Below are positions 24,526 through 37,373 of a stretch of DNA of 64,000 bases, one piece after another (the first letter of the stretch is position 1; each line of letters opens with the position of its first letter). The DNA is from Isurus oxyrinchus. Its lineage: Eukaryota. The stretch is from positions 209,870,001-209,934,000 of the forward strand of contig JANJGN010000003.1 in NCBI GenBank assembly GCA_026770705.1, in the 5' to 3' direction. A program made the position numbers and the translations under genes. The notes beneath the pieces are model-generated. The model was not told the DNA's origin and ran no database searches. It worked only from the letters and a program-made list of their open reading frames with translations.

Positions 24526-25338
24526 CTTCATGAAGGCATATTACAATAAACCAGAAAAAATATTGTGAAAAGTAAAGTAGGTTTATGGGGGGCTGTGTTG
24601 CTCTATGTGATTTAGTTACATTTTGTTGAAGTTATCATAAGCAAGGTGTAGAAGTGTCTTTAATATGCTAATGAGTAAACATGGTTGGGGTCTTAGCAAG
24701 TAAGGTGTGACAGGAATTTGCATTTTTAGATAGATGAAGGGATGAATTTCAAAGAGGTTAATGAGAATATTGGCAACATGAAAAGATTTATATTATAAGA
24801 AAGGTAAAGTTCCAAAGACATATAAAAACAATGGAATTTGCATATTAAAAAGGGAGAAACATGTATAAAGGAGAATGAGGCTATATGTCAGGGGAAGGCA
24901 CTGTGAGACCTAACTGAAGTGTGTGAAGCCTCCAGCATTTGTGTGTATGTCTGCTGTTTACAGGAACAGAAGCTAGAGAGAGCCATTTTGAATTCCACTG
25001 TCCAGGGTAGTGTGTTAATTTGCTAGATCTGTTTAAAATCTGAAATCTATTCTTGGACCGTTTCCTTAAAGGGGGTGTAACTGGGAACCAGGTTAATTAG
25101 GAACTTTAGGAGTTATAGTAGTAATTTGTAGATCTATGTATCTGCTTGAAACCTCTTCTTTTGTTAATAAATATTTTAATTTAGCTTTCTAAAATCTCAA
25201 GTCTTGGTGGACTTATTACTTCTGAATTCAGGGCACACATCTTGAAATAAATACAAATTGCAAACCAGCTGTGATAGCGCGATCAAGTTTCCCTCAGATT
25301 TGATCCAACTGGCACACATCATCTGTCAGGTCAGAACA
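24526..25338 (+). mobile_element. Solo LTR (family A)
   Basis: 4-bp TSD aatg (24522-24525 and 25339-25342); ends ...tcagaaca; TATA-like gtataaag and AATAAA in + orientation. Confidence 0.85.
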
Positions 25339-26293
25339 AATGCAATGAGGGTCTCTGTCTCTACTGCAGCAAATTCCAGACACCCGCCCTCCCCAATGTC
25401 CTCTGGGTGAAAATATTTCTCCTCAACTCCACACTAATCCTTCTACTGATTACTTTAAATCTATCTGGGTTATTGATCTCCCAGCTAAGCGAAACAGGTC
25501 TTTCCTATCCACCCTATCTAGGCCCCTCAAAATTATATACACCTCAATTAAATCATCCCTGAGCTTCAGGTTCCAGAGAAAATAACCCCAACCTATCCAA
25601 TCTTTCTTCATAGCTCAAATTCCATTCCTGGTAGCATCCTCATACATCTCCTCTAAGTCCTCTCTAGTATGATGATATCCTTCTTGTAACAGTGACCAGA
25701 AATGTACACAGTACTCTAGCTGTGCCCATACAGGTGTTTAATACAGTTTAGCATAACCTTGCTTTTATATTCTCTGCCTCGTTAACAAAATAAAGTATCC
25801 CGTACACCTTCTTAACAGCCTTATCTACCTGTCCTGCAACCTTCAGGTATTATGTGGGCATGCACATCCAGGTCCCTGGATCCTCTGCACCTCTCAGTAA
25901 CTACCATTTATGTATATTCTATTGCCTTGTCTGACAGCACCAAATGCATTATCCCACATTTTCTGGATTGAATTTCATTTGCCACTTCTCTGCTCACCTG
26001 ACCAGTTTATTGGTATCTTTTGCAGTCTCCAGCTTTCTTCCTCATTATCAGTCTCACAATCAACTTTTGTATCATCTGCAAACTTGTGAATCATATTCAC
26101 TGCGTCCAAGTCTAAATGATTGATATTCACCACAAAAAGCAAGGAACTTACTACTGCCCTGTGGAACTCTACTGGAAACATCCTGCTGTCACAAAAAGAT
26201 TTGTTGACCATAATCCTTTGCTTCTTTCCACTGAGCCAATTTTGGATCCAACTTGCCACTTTTCCCTGGACTTTTATTTTGCTGAACAGTCTG

Positions 26294-27068
26294 TGTTATG
26301 ACACGGCAGATGGTGTGTGCCAGGCGGACAAATCCACGAGGAAAACTTGACCGCGCTATCACAACAGTTCTGCAATTTGTATTTATTTTGAGATGTGTGC
26401 CCTGAATTCGGAAGTAGTAAGTCCACCAAGACTTTAGGGATTTTTTTAAAACCTAAAGTTAAAATATTTTTTTAACAAAAGAACAGATTTCAAGCTCATA
26501 CATAGGTCTACAAATTATTACTATAATAGTTTCTAAAATCCCAAATTAACCTGGTTCCCAGTTACACCCCCTTTAAGGCAATGGTCAAAAAAATAGATTT
26601 TAAACAGATTCGGCAAATTAACACAATACCCTGGACAGTGGAATTCAAAATGGCTCTCTCCAGCTTCGGTTTCTGTAGACAGCAGATATATACGCAAATA
26701 CTGGAGGCTTCACACACTTTTGTTAGATCTTACAATGCCTTCCACTAACATATAACCTCATTCTCCTTTATACATGTTTCTCCTTTTTAAAATGTAAATT
26801 CCATTGTTTCCTTATGTCTTTGGAACTTTACTTTCTTACAGTATAAATCTTTTCATGTTGCTGATATTATCATTAACCTCTTTGAAATTCAAACCTTTCA
26901 TCTATCTAAAAATGCAAATTCCCGTCACAGCTTACATGCTAAGACCCCAACCATGTTTACTCATTAGCATATTAAAGACACTTCTACACCTTACTTCTTT
27001 TGATAACTTCAACTTGTAGTCTGCTTGCTACAAAATGTAATTAAATCACACACAGACAGAACACCACA
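26294..27068 (-). mobile_element. Solo LTR (family A), inverted relative to 24526-25338
   Basis: Starts tgttatgaca; long near-identical reverse-complement blocks with 24526-25338 (e.g. aagaccccaaccatgtttactcattagcatattaaagacacttctacacctt); right end approximate. Confidence 0.85.
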
Positions 27069-28569
27069 ACCTGCTATGAGTCTTGCTAAAATCCATGTAT
27101 ATGACATCAAATGCATTACCCACATTGACCTTTCTTGCTACCTCTTCAAAAATTAAATCACGTTAGTCAAACGATCTTCCCTTAAATCCATGCTGACCGT
27201 CCTTGATTAACTTCTGCCTTACTAACTGATAATTTATATTGACCCTCAATCTTCTCCAGTAATTTTCCTACCACTGAGGTTAGGTTGACAGGCCTGTAGC
27301 TACTTGATCTATCTCCTTCCCACTTTTTAAACAATGGCACAGCATTAGCAGTCTTCTAGCATTATGCCTGTAACCAGAGCGTATTAGAAAATGATGGTCA
27401 GTGCATCTGCTATTTTCTCCCTTGCAACTCTTAACAGCCTTGAATAAACTTAAATCAGACCTGGCTATCTATCCACTTGCAAAGATGTGAAACTTCATAG
27501 TATTTCCTCTCGCACTGTTTATCTCATCTGATATTTGATATCCCTGCTCCTTAACTACAATGTCTTCATCATCACTGTTATGAAGATTGACACAAAGTAT
27601 TCATTAACAATATGCCAATGCCATCCGCATCCACTCTACGGTTAGCTTTTTTTGCCTCTTATAGGCCCTACTCTTTCTTTAGTTATCCTCTCACTTTTTA
27701 TGTATTTATAAAACATCTTTGGGTTTTCCTTCATTTTACTTGCCAATATTTTTCATGCCCTCTCTTTGCTTTCCTAATTTTCTATCTAATTTTACCCCTA
27801 CACTTTCTATACTCAGAATCTCACAGTGCAGAAGAAGCCCTTCGGCCCATCGAGTCTGCACTGACACCTCCAGGCTTTTTTGTAGTATTTAGCATTTGGT
27901 ATCTAAAATAAGCTTTCTTATTTTGCTTTATTCTACCCTGTATGCTTCTGGATATCCAGGCGGTTCTAGGATTTAGAATTTCCTTCCTTTTGAGAGCGTA
28001 TATTCTCCTTCAATGCCCCCCACTGCTCAGACACTGATTTACCTCGAAGTTGTTCCCTGTCTACTTTTGCAAAATCACATCTCAGCTCAGCAAAATAGAC
28101 CTTTCCCCAACTGAGAACTTTTATTTCTGGTTTATCTCTATTCTTTTTCATAACTATGTTAAATCTAATTGAATTGCAATCCCCCTACTTTCCCCACCCG
28201 CCCAGTTTCATTCCCTAAAACTAAGTCCAGAACTGCCCCTCAGGGGGTCCAAAGTATATCCCCAGCACTGTGACTGCCTTTTTTTTGTTCTTCAGTTCAA
28301 TCCATATGGATTCATTTGATGATCCTTCTCACATAACATCCCTCCTTACAGTTGTAATCGTGCCTTTAACTAATATTGCAATGCCCCTTCCTTTTTCATC
28401 CCCCCTGTCTATCACACCTGAAAAGTAGGAATGTTGAACTGCCATTCCTACCCTCCTTTAAGATGTTTCAGTAATAGCTATGAGGTCATACTTCCAAATG
28501 TCAACCATGCCCTTCAGCTCATCCGGTTTATTTATTAGACTCTTTGCTTTGAAATATACACCATTAAGC

Positions 28570-28967
28570 GTTTCGTATTAAAGGTGGCTTGATTGAAACA
28601 TATATGACGCTGAGGGGTCTTGACAGGGTGGATGTGAAGAGGATGTTTTCTCTTGTAGAAGAATCTAGAACTAGGGTTCACTGTTTAAAAATAAGGGGTC
28701 ACCCATTTAAAACAGAGGTGAGGCTAAATTTTTTCATTCAGAGGGTAATGGGTTTTTGGAACTCTCTTCCTGAAAAGGTGGTGGAAGCAAAGTCTTTGAA
28801 TATTTTTAAGGCAGAGGTGAATAGATTCTTGGTAAGCAAGGGGGTAATAGATTATCAGCAGTAGGTGGGATGCAGAGTTAAGGTTACTATCAAATCAGCC
28901 ATGATCTTATTAAATGGCAGAGCAGGCTCAGGGGGACTGAAAGGCCTACTCCTGCTCCTTGTTCATA
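28570..28967 (+). mobile_element. Short 5'-truncated CR1 nested in the minus-strand CR1
   Basis: ORF 28589..28864 is the CR1 C-terminus; TSD taagc at 28565-28569 and 28968-28972. Confidence 0.88.
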
Positions 28968-30759
28968 TAAGCCAAACTCCTTTGTTGTCTATTGTCTAGT
29001 CTTTGCTTCCCTTACTTTCCACATTAGTTGACTAAATTTTTGCCTTCCATTTCCAACTTTGCTTCTATCTCTTCTGAATTTACACCAAGGTTTCCATCCC
29101 TTTGTCAAACTAGTTTATACCCTCCCCAGCAGCACTAGCAAACCTCCCAATGAGAATACTGGTTGCAGCCCTGTTGACATGCAACTTGACCAGCTTGCAC
29201 GGGTCCCTCCTCCCCCAGAATTGGTCACCATGTTCCAGGAATCTAAAGCGCTCCCTCTACCCCAGCTCACCAGCCATTCATCTGCACTATCCTCCTATTT
29301 CTCATTAGCGTGCGTCACTGGGAGTAATCCAGAGATGACTACCTTTGATGTCTTGCTGATTTATTTCTTTCCTAGGAATCATTTCAATCATTTCCCTCCA
29401 AGTTAGAGTGCAGGATGCATTCAGGGGACACTTGCGCTAATTGCCTTGCCCTCCTCCTCTCTCTGATGATCAGCCATTGCCCCTCTGCCTGCACACTCAA
29501 ACTACAAGGTGACCACCTCTCAAAATATGCTAGCCACATTGTTTTCAACCTTACAGGTGCACAGCAGTGACGCCAGCTGTTGCTCAAGCTCCGAAAGCCA
29601 GAGGCTCCTTCAACTGACAACACTTTCTGCACATGATTTTGAAGAGACGAGAGTATAAGCCTAGATCCTTTTGAGATGTGAAAAGCTTTTTTGAATGATT
29701 CATTGATCTGTGAAGGGCAGGAAAAGAGTAGGGAAAACAGAAATCATCATTCAATTTATATGCCTCCCAAAGGGTACATTCCACTTGAAGGGGAGCGGCT
29801 ATCATCACAAGATGGTGAGGTAATTTGCAAACAACTTTTTCGAGTCATCAAGCCTCATATTATAAAGCAGACCTGATTCATGGAGCCAAAGTTTCTCACG
29901 TAATACAGGATAAATTTGAGGACATGCATAAGTGTGTTGAAATAAATGGCATTTTCAGACAGAACCCAGTAAAGAGGAGGTCCTACTAAATGGCTTAAGT
30001 TTTAAGGAAGTTTCCATGACATATTTTGCACAAGAAGCAGTCTTGGAAATAGGACAAATATTCCCCAAGTTCTCAAATGCTGCAAAGCTTATTATTTAAA
30101 ATAGGCTGACTAACCAATTTATCTGATCACGTTGTCTTTTTAGCCTATTACAACCTGCTCGTTAGGCTTTGAAAGATAATCGCAGGACCATAGTTTATTA
30201 CATCCGTCAGTTATTCGAGAGACATTGTCAATAAATAAACTGTGTGCTAACCTTCAAATTAAAATAACTAACTAGAATTTACCAGAGATCTATTCTGGGG
30301 GAGACCAATTCATTAGCTTTAAAAGTATATTTAATAGGAAATAACCTTTTGGATAAAATGCATAACTAATGGATTTTTCTCTCCAAATGATTGGACAAAC
30401 TCACAAAGCACGAGTAAAAGGAGACAAAGAGCTTTACAATTGAGTTGAAGTATATAAATCAAACATGATCACTATTCCAACTAAATGATTTAATCAAAAA
30501 CCGTGTTAAAATAATTTCCTTCTCCTGCTGAGGTAATTGAATTTACCAGCTCTCACTCTTACCGTGCTGGCCACTTAAAATATTCAGTGATGAATCTGGA
30601 ACTCTGGTCTACAGTCTGCAGGAAACACAGGTGGAAACCAGTGGAATAACATTGGCTATCTTGTCTTTAAAGGCCAGTCAAAAGTTTTCGAAGAGAGAAA
30701 TGCTGCTACCATCGATTTACCTCAAAATATTCTCTGGGCAATCTACAAACTTTTCTGTT

Positions 30760-31030
30760 GGTCTCAGCTGTAACCAGATAACGTGTTTGTCTTCAAAATT
30801 ATATTGGTTGAGGGATAAATATTGTCCGGAACACCAGGAAGTAATACCCTTTCCTGGATTATGCTAAAATCCATTACATCCACCCGAAAAGGCAGACGAG
30901 GCCTAGGTTTAAAGCCTCTTCTCCCTCAGTACTGCATTGAGTGTCAGCATAGATTAGGTACTCAATTCTCAGCAAGGCTTCTAATTCAGAGGGGAGTGTG
31001 CAACAATTAACAAGCCATTGCTCTGTATTT
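30760..31030 (-). mobile_element. Deu-type SINE fragment
   Basis: Homology to the other copies. Confidence 0.6.
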
Positions 31031-31419
31031 GAGATAAAGCTGAATTTATTACCCTTCAAGATTCCTCATGCAATATAGCCTCATGCAAAAGAGCACATTA
31101 TTATCTTTATTAAAATACCTTCTTTAAGATCTTTAAATGAGTATTGCAATTTACAAGGGAATGATGATCAGTGCCATTTTATTTAGACAAATGAGAAGTG
31201 AAAGCTGGATAAAGATGATTTGTGAAGCTGTGTTTAGAAATCTGATATTACAGAAGCTAATTCAAAGCAAGTCACAATACTCTGCATTTATCTGAAGTCA
31301 GATGAATGAAGTCACAAGTGGCCCTCTGTGTCTAACATTCAGATTAAAAGCACATTGTTATTCTTTCAAATTTAAACTAATCATTGTATCCAATTAGTCA
31401 CCCCTCATATTATCGTTCT

Positions 31420-31780
31420 TTTCTTTATTCTATCATGGGCAGGGCCAGCATTTGTTGCCCATCCTTGAACTGAGTGGCTTGCCATTCCATTGCAGAGGGC
31501 AGTCAAGAGTCAACCACATCACTGCGGGTCTGGTAGGCCAGACCAGGTGAGGATGGCAGATTTTCTTCCCTAAAAAGGACATTAGTGACCCAGGTGGGTT
31601 TTTACAACAATGGACAAAGGTTTCATGGCCACCATTACTAAGATTAACTTTTCAATTTCACATCATCACTCAAATTCAAATACCACCAACTGTGGTGGAA
31701 TTTGATCCCTTGTCCCCAGAACAAGCCTGCGCTTCTGGATTACTAGCCCAGTGACATTACCACTATGCCACCATCTCCCC
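31420..31780 (-). mobile_element. tRNA-derived SINE (second family)
   Basis: Minus strand starts gggagatggtggcatagtggtaatgtcactgggctagtaatccaga (A box) with a B-box-like ggatcaaattcc; tail matches LINE 3' ends at about 335-420 and about 12730-12830. Confidence 0.75.
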
Positions 31781-32529
31781 ATATCTCCTGTGGCTCAGTG
31801 TGCACTCTATTAAAGTAGAAAATCATCCCATTGGAATTAAAGACTATATAAATATGCACTTGTTTTACAGATCAAGGTCAGTAGTGCACTTAGTTACCAC
31901 TCTGATAGTCTCTTGAATATTTAAACTCTGACTCATGTCCCACACCAACACTTTGTTTACCGCTCTTTCCCTGTGTATAACCCCCAAATACTTTTATTAT
32001 CCTGCCACCACAGTGGCAGGTGAGTGTGTGGGATTGAACAAGTGCTCAAAACTTCTTTTAAATACAGGGATCAAGGGGTTAATATGATCTGTTGGTTAGC
32101 CCCATAAAATGGTGTCCATGAACTCTAAAATATTAAAGGGTGGCCATTACTTTGTCCTCGTTTTGTTTTGGTAAATCCTCTGCTTTGTTGGTGACATTCA
32201 ACGTAAAAACAGATCTTTTAAAATATTTGATTTTCTCTGGATTTCCTGAGTATTTTGAGATTCAATTTATTTTAAAATTTTCTCCCTTCTTTCACATTGA
32301 AGTTAAACCCTGAACCTGTAAAAATGACAGATTTTTAAAAACTGATCATTGGAATAAACTTTAAGAACCTTTATTAGAAGCTCAGCATCAGTGTTTAAAA
32401 AGAACGCTAATTTTGGGAATGCTGTATTTTCAGAGATGCTATCTTTCAGACAAGATGTTAAACTGAGGCCCCATTTATCTTCTCACAGATGTCAAATATT
32501 CCCATCTCTGTGGCATCTCTCTCAATCTT

Positions 32530-32900
32530 CAGACATCCAAAAATGCTTTATAGCCAGAGAAGTAGTTCCGAACTATATTTACATTGCTGTGTAGCTAATT
32601 TGTGCACAGCAAGGTCCCACAAACATCAATGAGTTAAATAACTAGATAATCTGATTCAGAAATGTTGGTTGAGGAACAAATGTTGTCCAGGATATTTCAA
32701 AGAGCATCACAGGGTCTTTTCCATTCACTTGGAGAACAGAAGGGGCTTCAGTATCCCATCTGATCCAAAATACCCAGCCTCTGACAGTGTGACATTCCCT
32801 CAGTACTGCACCAAAGGTGTCAGCCTAGATTATGTGCTTTTCTCTGGAGTGGGGCTTGAATACACAGCAGTGAGACTGATAGTGCTGAGCCATGATTAAC
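32530..32900 (-). mobile_element. Deu-type SINE copy
   Basis: Homology to the other copies. Confidence 0.7.
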
Positions 32901-33570
32901 ACTTCAGACTGTCTTAGTTTCCCTTATATCTGTCTCCTCAGCTAAATGACTACTCTGCAACTGGCCCTGTTAATATGAGAACTAATGACATCATTGATGA
33001 TCGTCAGTTAAGAAGAATGCAACTCATAAGGTGGTATTGAGGCCAAAATCAGATCAGCCATGATCTTCGGCAGAGCAGGCTTGAGGGGCCTACTCTTGCT
33101 CCTAATTTGTATGTTCATAAGGAGTTCAGTATTGTGATTATGCCTACAGGCCTATTTAGTAAATCTATGGTAGTTGTGGTTTGTTGCAATCTCTGCTAAC
33201 AACTGGAAAATCTCTGTAGTTCTATAATTAACCAAACTGACAAGTAGGGTATTGGAAAAATGCTAACTGTCTTAAACAAACCGCAAAATACACTCAGACT
33301 CTCTTGGAATCTTTCAAGAAAAAATGTGGCCAATATAGTAACAGGAAGGAAGCTGCAGCTCCTAGTTTGTTTTACATATTCTTGTAAAATTGAACAAGGA
33401 TAAAGGTGAAGAGAAACCAAAATAAAAAGTTGGTTAGAAATTTCCATATTGGCAACCTGAAAGGCAGGGATTGCATAAGAGGAACAGACATGTGAGTAAA
33501 CATGACAAGTCACTAATAAAAGACTCCAAATAAGTAATGGTACAATGTTATAAGCACAAGGAGTACTCAC

Positions 33571-33790
33571 TAGACAATTCATCAGGTTCAGTCTTCAAAC
33601 TAGACAGATCTTCCAGAGAGTTTTCATTTCCTTCAGCACCAACTCCTCTCCCCCTGGGTCCCATCATATTGGAGCGTCTCCTTTCATGAATCTCATCAGA
33701 GATCATCTCTAGGTTCTTCAAGGCAGCTTTGTACTGCCCTTTGGCTGCTGACAGCTTGGCCTGTAGCTCATCTACATTTTTCTTTAGTTG
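33571..33790 (-). CDS. SH3BP5: SH3BP5 coding exon (QLKKNVDELQAKLSAAKGQYKAALKNLEMISDEIHERRRSNMMGPRGRGVGAEGNENSLEDLSSLKTEPDELS)
   Basis: gatag acceptor, gtgagt donor, 220 nt; ALKNLEMISDEIHERRRS and GVGAEG conserved. Confidence 0.96.
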
Positions 33791-34462
33791 CTATCAAATC
33801 AAAAGCAGAGGACTTAAAATGCAATCACATTTTCCAAATTGTGGACAATTTGATAAAGGTTTAGTTAAATCCTGCATCAGCATCAGATCCTGATTATCGA
33901 ACAGTTACGGGGCTAGGTTCACTTTCTGTCAAAATCTCCCAATCTCTTAGACCACAGTATTGGAGGTAAGTGGACAAAATTTATTCCAAGGACTAAATTT
34001 TAATATTCACATAACATACAACTTACAGCACTGAAACAGGCCATTCAACTCAACTGTTCTCTGTCAGTATTTATACTCCTTACAAACCTTCTCCTGCTCT
34101 AATTATCTGTTCCCACCAGATATCTTATCCCTCTATTCCTTTCTCCCTCATATTTGCATCAATTCTCTCCTTAAGTGTATCAATATTATCTACTTCAGCC
34201 GCTCCCATGTGGCAACGAGTTCTACTTTCTCATCACCCTGCGCTCATGAAGGAATTCTAACATTTGAGGATTTTAACTTGTCACTGCACTAACCCAGTTT
34301 TTTTATACATCCATCTCTGATAGAGAAATTGCAGATACTAATTTTACGTAGAATCAGGAGTAGGCCACCCAGCTGCTCAAGCTTTGTTTTGCCTTTCAGT
34401 CAGATCACGGCTGATCCCCATCTGAGCTTCATTTTCCCACTTTGCTTCATATCCCTCAATAC

Positions 34463-37373
34463 GACAATGAGAAAGGGGATGGGAAATTCAGGACTGAAGG
34501 TGTTGTATCTGAATGCACGCAGTATACGAAATAAAGTAAATGAGCTTGTGGTGCAGATTGAAATTGACAGGTATGATGTGGTGGGCATCACGGAGACATG
34601 GCTGCAAGGGGATCAGGACTGGGAGCTAAATATCCAAGGATATACATCCTATCGAAAAGATAGGCAGGTTGGCAGAGGGGGTGGGGTTGCTTTGTTAGTA
34701 AGAAATGAAATTAAATCGATAGCAAGAAATGATGTAGGGTAAGATGATGTAGAATCTGCGTGTGTAGAGTTGAGAAACTGCAAAGGTAAAAAAAACATAA
34801 TGGGAGTTATGTCCTGGCCTCCAAACAGTAGTCAGGATGTGGGGCACAATATACACCAGGAGGTAGAAAAGGCGTGTAAGAAAGGCAAGATTACAGTGAT
34901 CATGGAGGACTTCAATATGCAGGTAGACTGGGAAAATCAGGATGGTAGTGGATCCCAAGAAAAGGAATTTGTAGAATGTCTACGAGATGGCTTTTTGGAG
35001 CAGCTTGTGGTGGAGCCCACAAGGGAACAGGCAATTCTAGATTTAATGATGTGTAATGAGGCAAATTTGATAAGGGAGCTTAAGGTGAAGGAACCCTTAG
35101 GAGGAAGCAACCATAATATGATAGAATTTACCCTGCAATTTGAGAGGAAAAAGCTGGAATCAGATGTAACAGTATTACACTTGAATAAAGGCAACCACAG
35201 AGGCATGAGGGAGGAGCTGGCCAGAATTCACTGGGGGATGAGCCTAGCAGGAAAGACAGTGGAACAGCAATGGCAGGAATTTCTGGGAGTAATTTGGGAG
35301 ACACAGCAAAAATTCATCCCTAGGAAGAAGCATGCTAAAGGGAGGACGAGGCAGCCATGGCTGACAAGAGAAGTCAGGGACAGCATAAAAGCTAAAGAGA
35401 AAGCATATAATGTAGCGAAGAGCAGTGGGAAACCAGGGGATTGGGAAGCCTACAAAGACCAACAGAGGACAACTAAAAAAGAAATAAGGAGGGAGAAGAT
35501 TAAATATGAGGGTAAACTAGCCAGCAATATAAAAGAAGATTGCAAGAGTTTTTTTAGATATATAAAAGAGAGGCAAAAGTGGACATTGGGCTGCTGGAAA
35601 ATGATGCTGCAGAAATAGTAGTGGGGAACAAAGAAATGGCAGAGGAACTGAATAGGTACTTTGCGTCAGTCTTCACGGTGGAAGACACGAGTAACATCCC
35701 CAAAGTTCAAGAGAGTCGGGGGGCAGAGGTGAGTATGGTGGCTATTACCAAGGAGAAGGTGCTAGGAAAGCTGAAAGGTCTGAAGGTGGATAAATCACCT
35801 GGGCCAGATGGATTACACCCCAGAGTTCTAAAGGAGATAGCTGAAGAGAAAGTGGAGGCGTTAGTGGTGATCTTTCAGGAATCACTGGAGTCAGGGAGGG
35901 TCCCACAGGACTGGAAAATCGCTAATGTACCCTCCTGCTTAAGAAGGGAGTGAGGCAAAAGACAGGAAATTACAGGCTGGTTAGCCTGACCCTGGTCATT
36001 GGTAAGATTTTAGAGTCCATTATTAAGGATGAGATTTCAGAATACTTGGAAGTGCATGGTAAAATAGGGCAAAGTCAGCATGGTTTCATCAAGGGGAGGT
36101 CATGCCTGACAAATCTGTTAGAATTCTTTGAGGAGGTAATGAGTAGGTTAGACAAAGGACAGCCAATGGATGTTATCTACTTGGACTTCCAGAAGGCCTT
36201 TGACAAGGTGCTGCACAGGAGGCTGCTCAGTAAGATAAGAGCCCATGGTGTTAGAGGCAAGGTACTAGCATGGATAGAAGATTGGCTGTCTGGCAGGAGG
36301 CAGAGAGTGGGGATAAGGGGGTCTGGTGATAAGAGTGGCGGCTGGTGACTAGTGGAGTTCCGGAGGGGTCAGTGTTGGGACCACAACTTTTCACTTTATA
36401 CATTAATGATCTAGATGAAGGAACTGAGGACATCCTGACTAAGTTTGCAGATGATACAAAGATAGGTAGAGGGACATTGAGTATTGAGGAAGCGGGGAGG
36501 CTGCAGAAGGATTTGGACAGGTTAGGAGAATGGGCAAAGCAGTGGCAGATGGAATACAACATGGGGAAGTGTGAGGTCATGCACTTTGGTAGGAAGAATA
36601 GAGGCATTGACTATTTTATAAATGGGGAGAGAATTCTTAAATCTGGAGTGCAAAGGGACTTGGGAGTCCTAGTCCAGGATTCTCTTAAGATTAACTTGCA
36701 GGTTGAGTCGGTAGTTAGGAAGGCAAATGCAATGTTGGCATTTATTTCAAGAGGACTAGAATATAAAAGCAGGGATGTGCTGCTGAGGCTTTATAAGGCT
36801 CTGATCAGACCACATTTAGAATATTGTGAGCAATTTTGGGCCCCGTATCTCAGGAAGGATGTGCGAGCCCTGGAGAGGGTCCAGAGGTGGTTCACGAGAA
36901 CGATCCCAAGAATGAAAGGCTTAATATATGAGGAACATTTGAGGACTCTGGGTCTATACTCGATGGAGTTTAGAAGGATGAGAGGGGATCTGATAGAAAC
37001 TTACAGAATACTTTAAGGCCTGGATAGAGTGGACGTGGGGAAGATGTTTCCATTAGTAGGAGAGACTAGGACCCAAGGGCACAGCCTCAGAGCAAAGGGA
37101 AGACCTTTTAGAACAGAGATGAGGAGAAATTTCTTTAGCCAGAGAGTGGTGAATCTATGGAATTCGTTGCCACAGAAGGCTGTGGAGGCCAGGTCATTGA
37201 GTGTATTTAAGACCGAGATAGATAGGTTCTTGATTGGTAAGAGGATCAAAGGTTACAGGGAGAAGGCGGGAGAATGGGGTTGAGAAACTTATCAGCCATG
37301 ATTGAATGGCGGAGCAGATTCGATGGGCCGAATGGCCTAATTTCTGCTCCTATGTCTTATGGTCTTATGGTCT
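34463..37373 (+). mobile_element. Relatively young CR1 LINE with nearly complete but disrupted ORF2 (APE endonuclease plus reverse transcriptase)
   Basis: YLNARSIRNK, GITETWL, GRGGGVAL (endonuclease); [46 protein letters not shown] (RT); (ggtcttat)n tail; TSD aatac at 34458-34462 and 37374-37378; stops and frameshifts split it into six ORFs. Confidence 0.97.

Larger units (their letters stand above)
24420..29640 (-). mobile_element. Long decayed CR1 LINE (ORF1 and ORF2 remnants) hosting two solo LTRs and a short CR1
   Basis: ORF 25975..26259 (KFADDTKV) is RT; 27966..28151 is an endonuclease-linker remnant; ORF1-like CRKCCQLKE near 29600; approximate ends. Confidence 0.8.

Noticed and set aside
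34329-37283. Cluster of adjacent ORFs with endonuclease and RT motifs that could suggest a retron-like or novel RT system
   Set aside because: These are frameshifted pieces of a single CR1 ORF2 with TSD and tail
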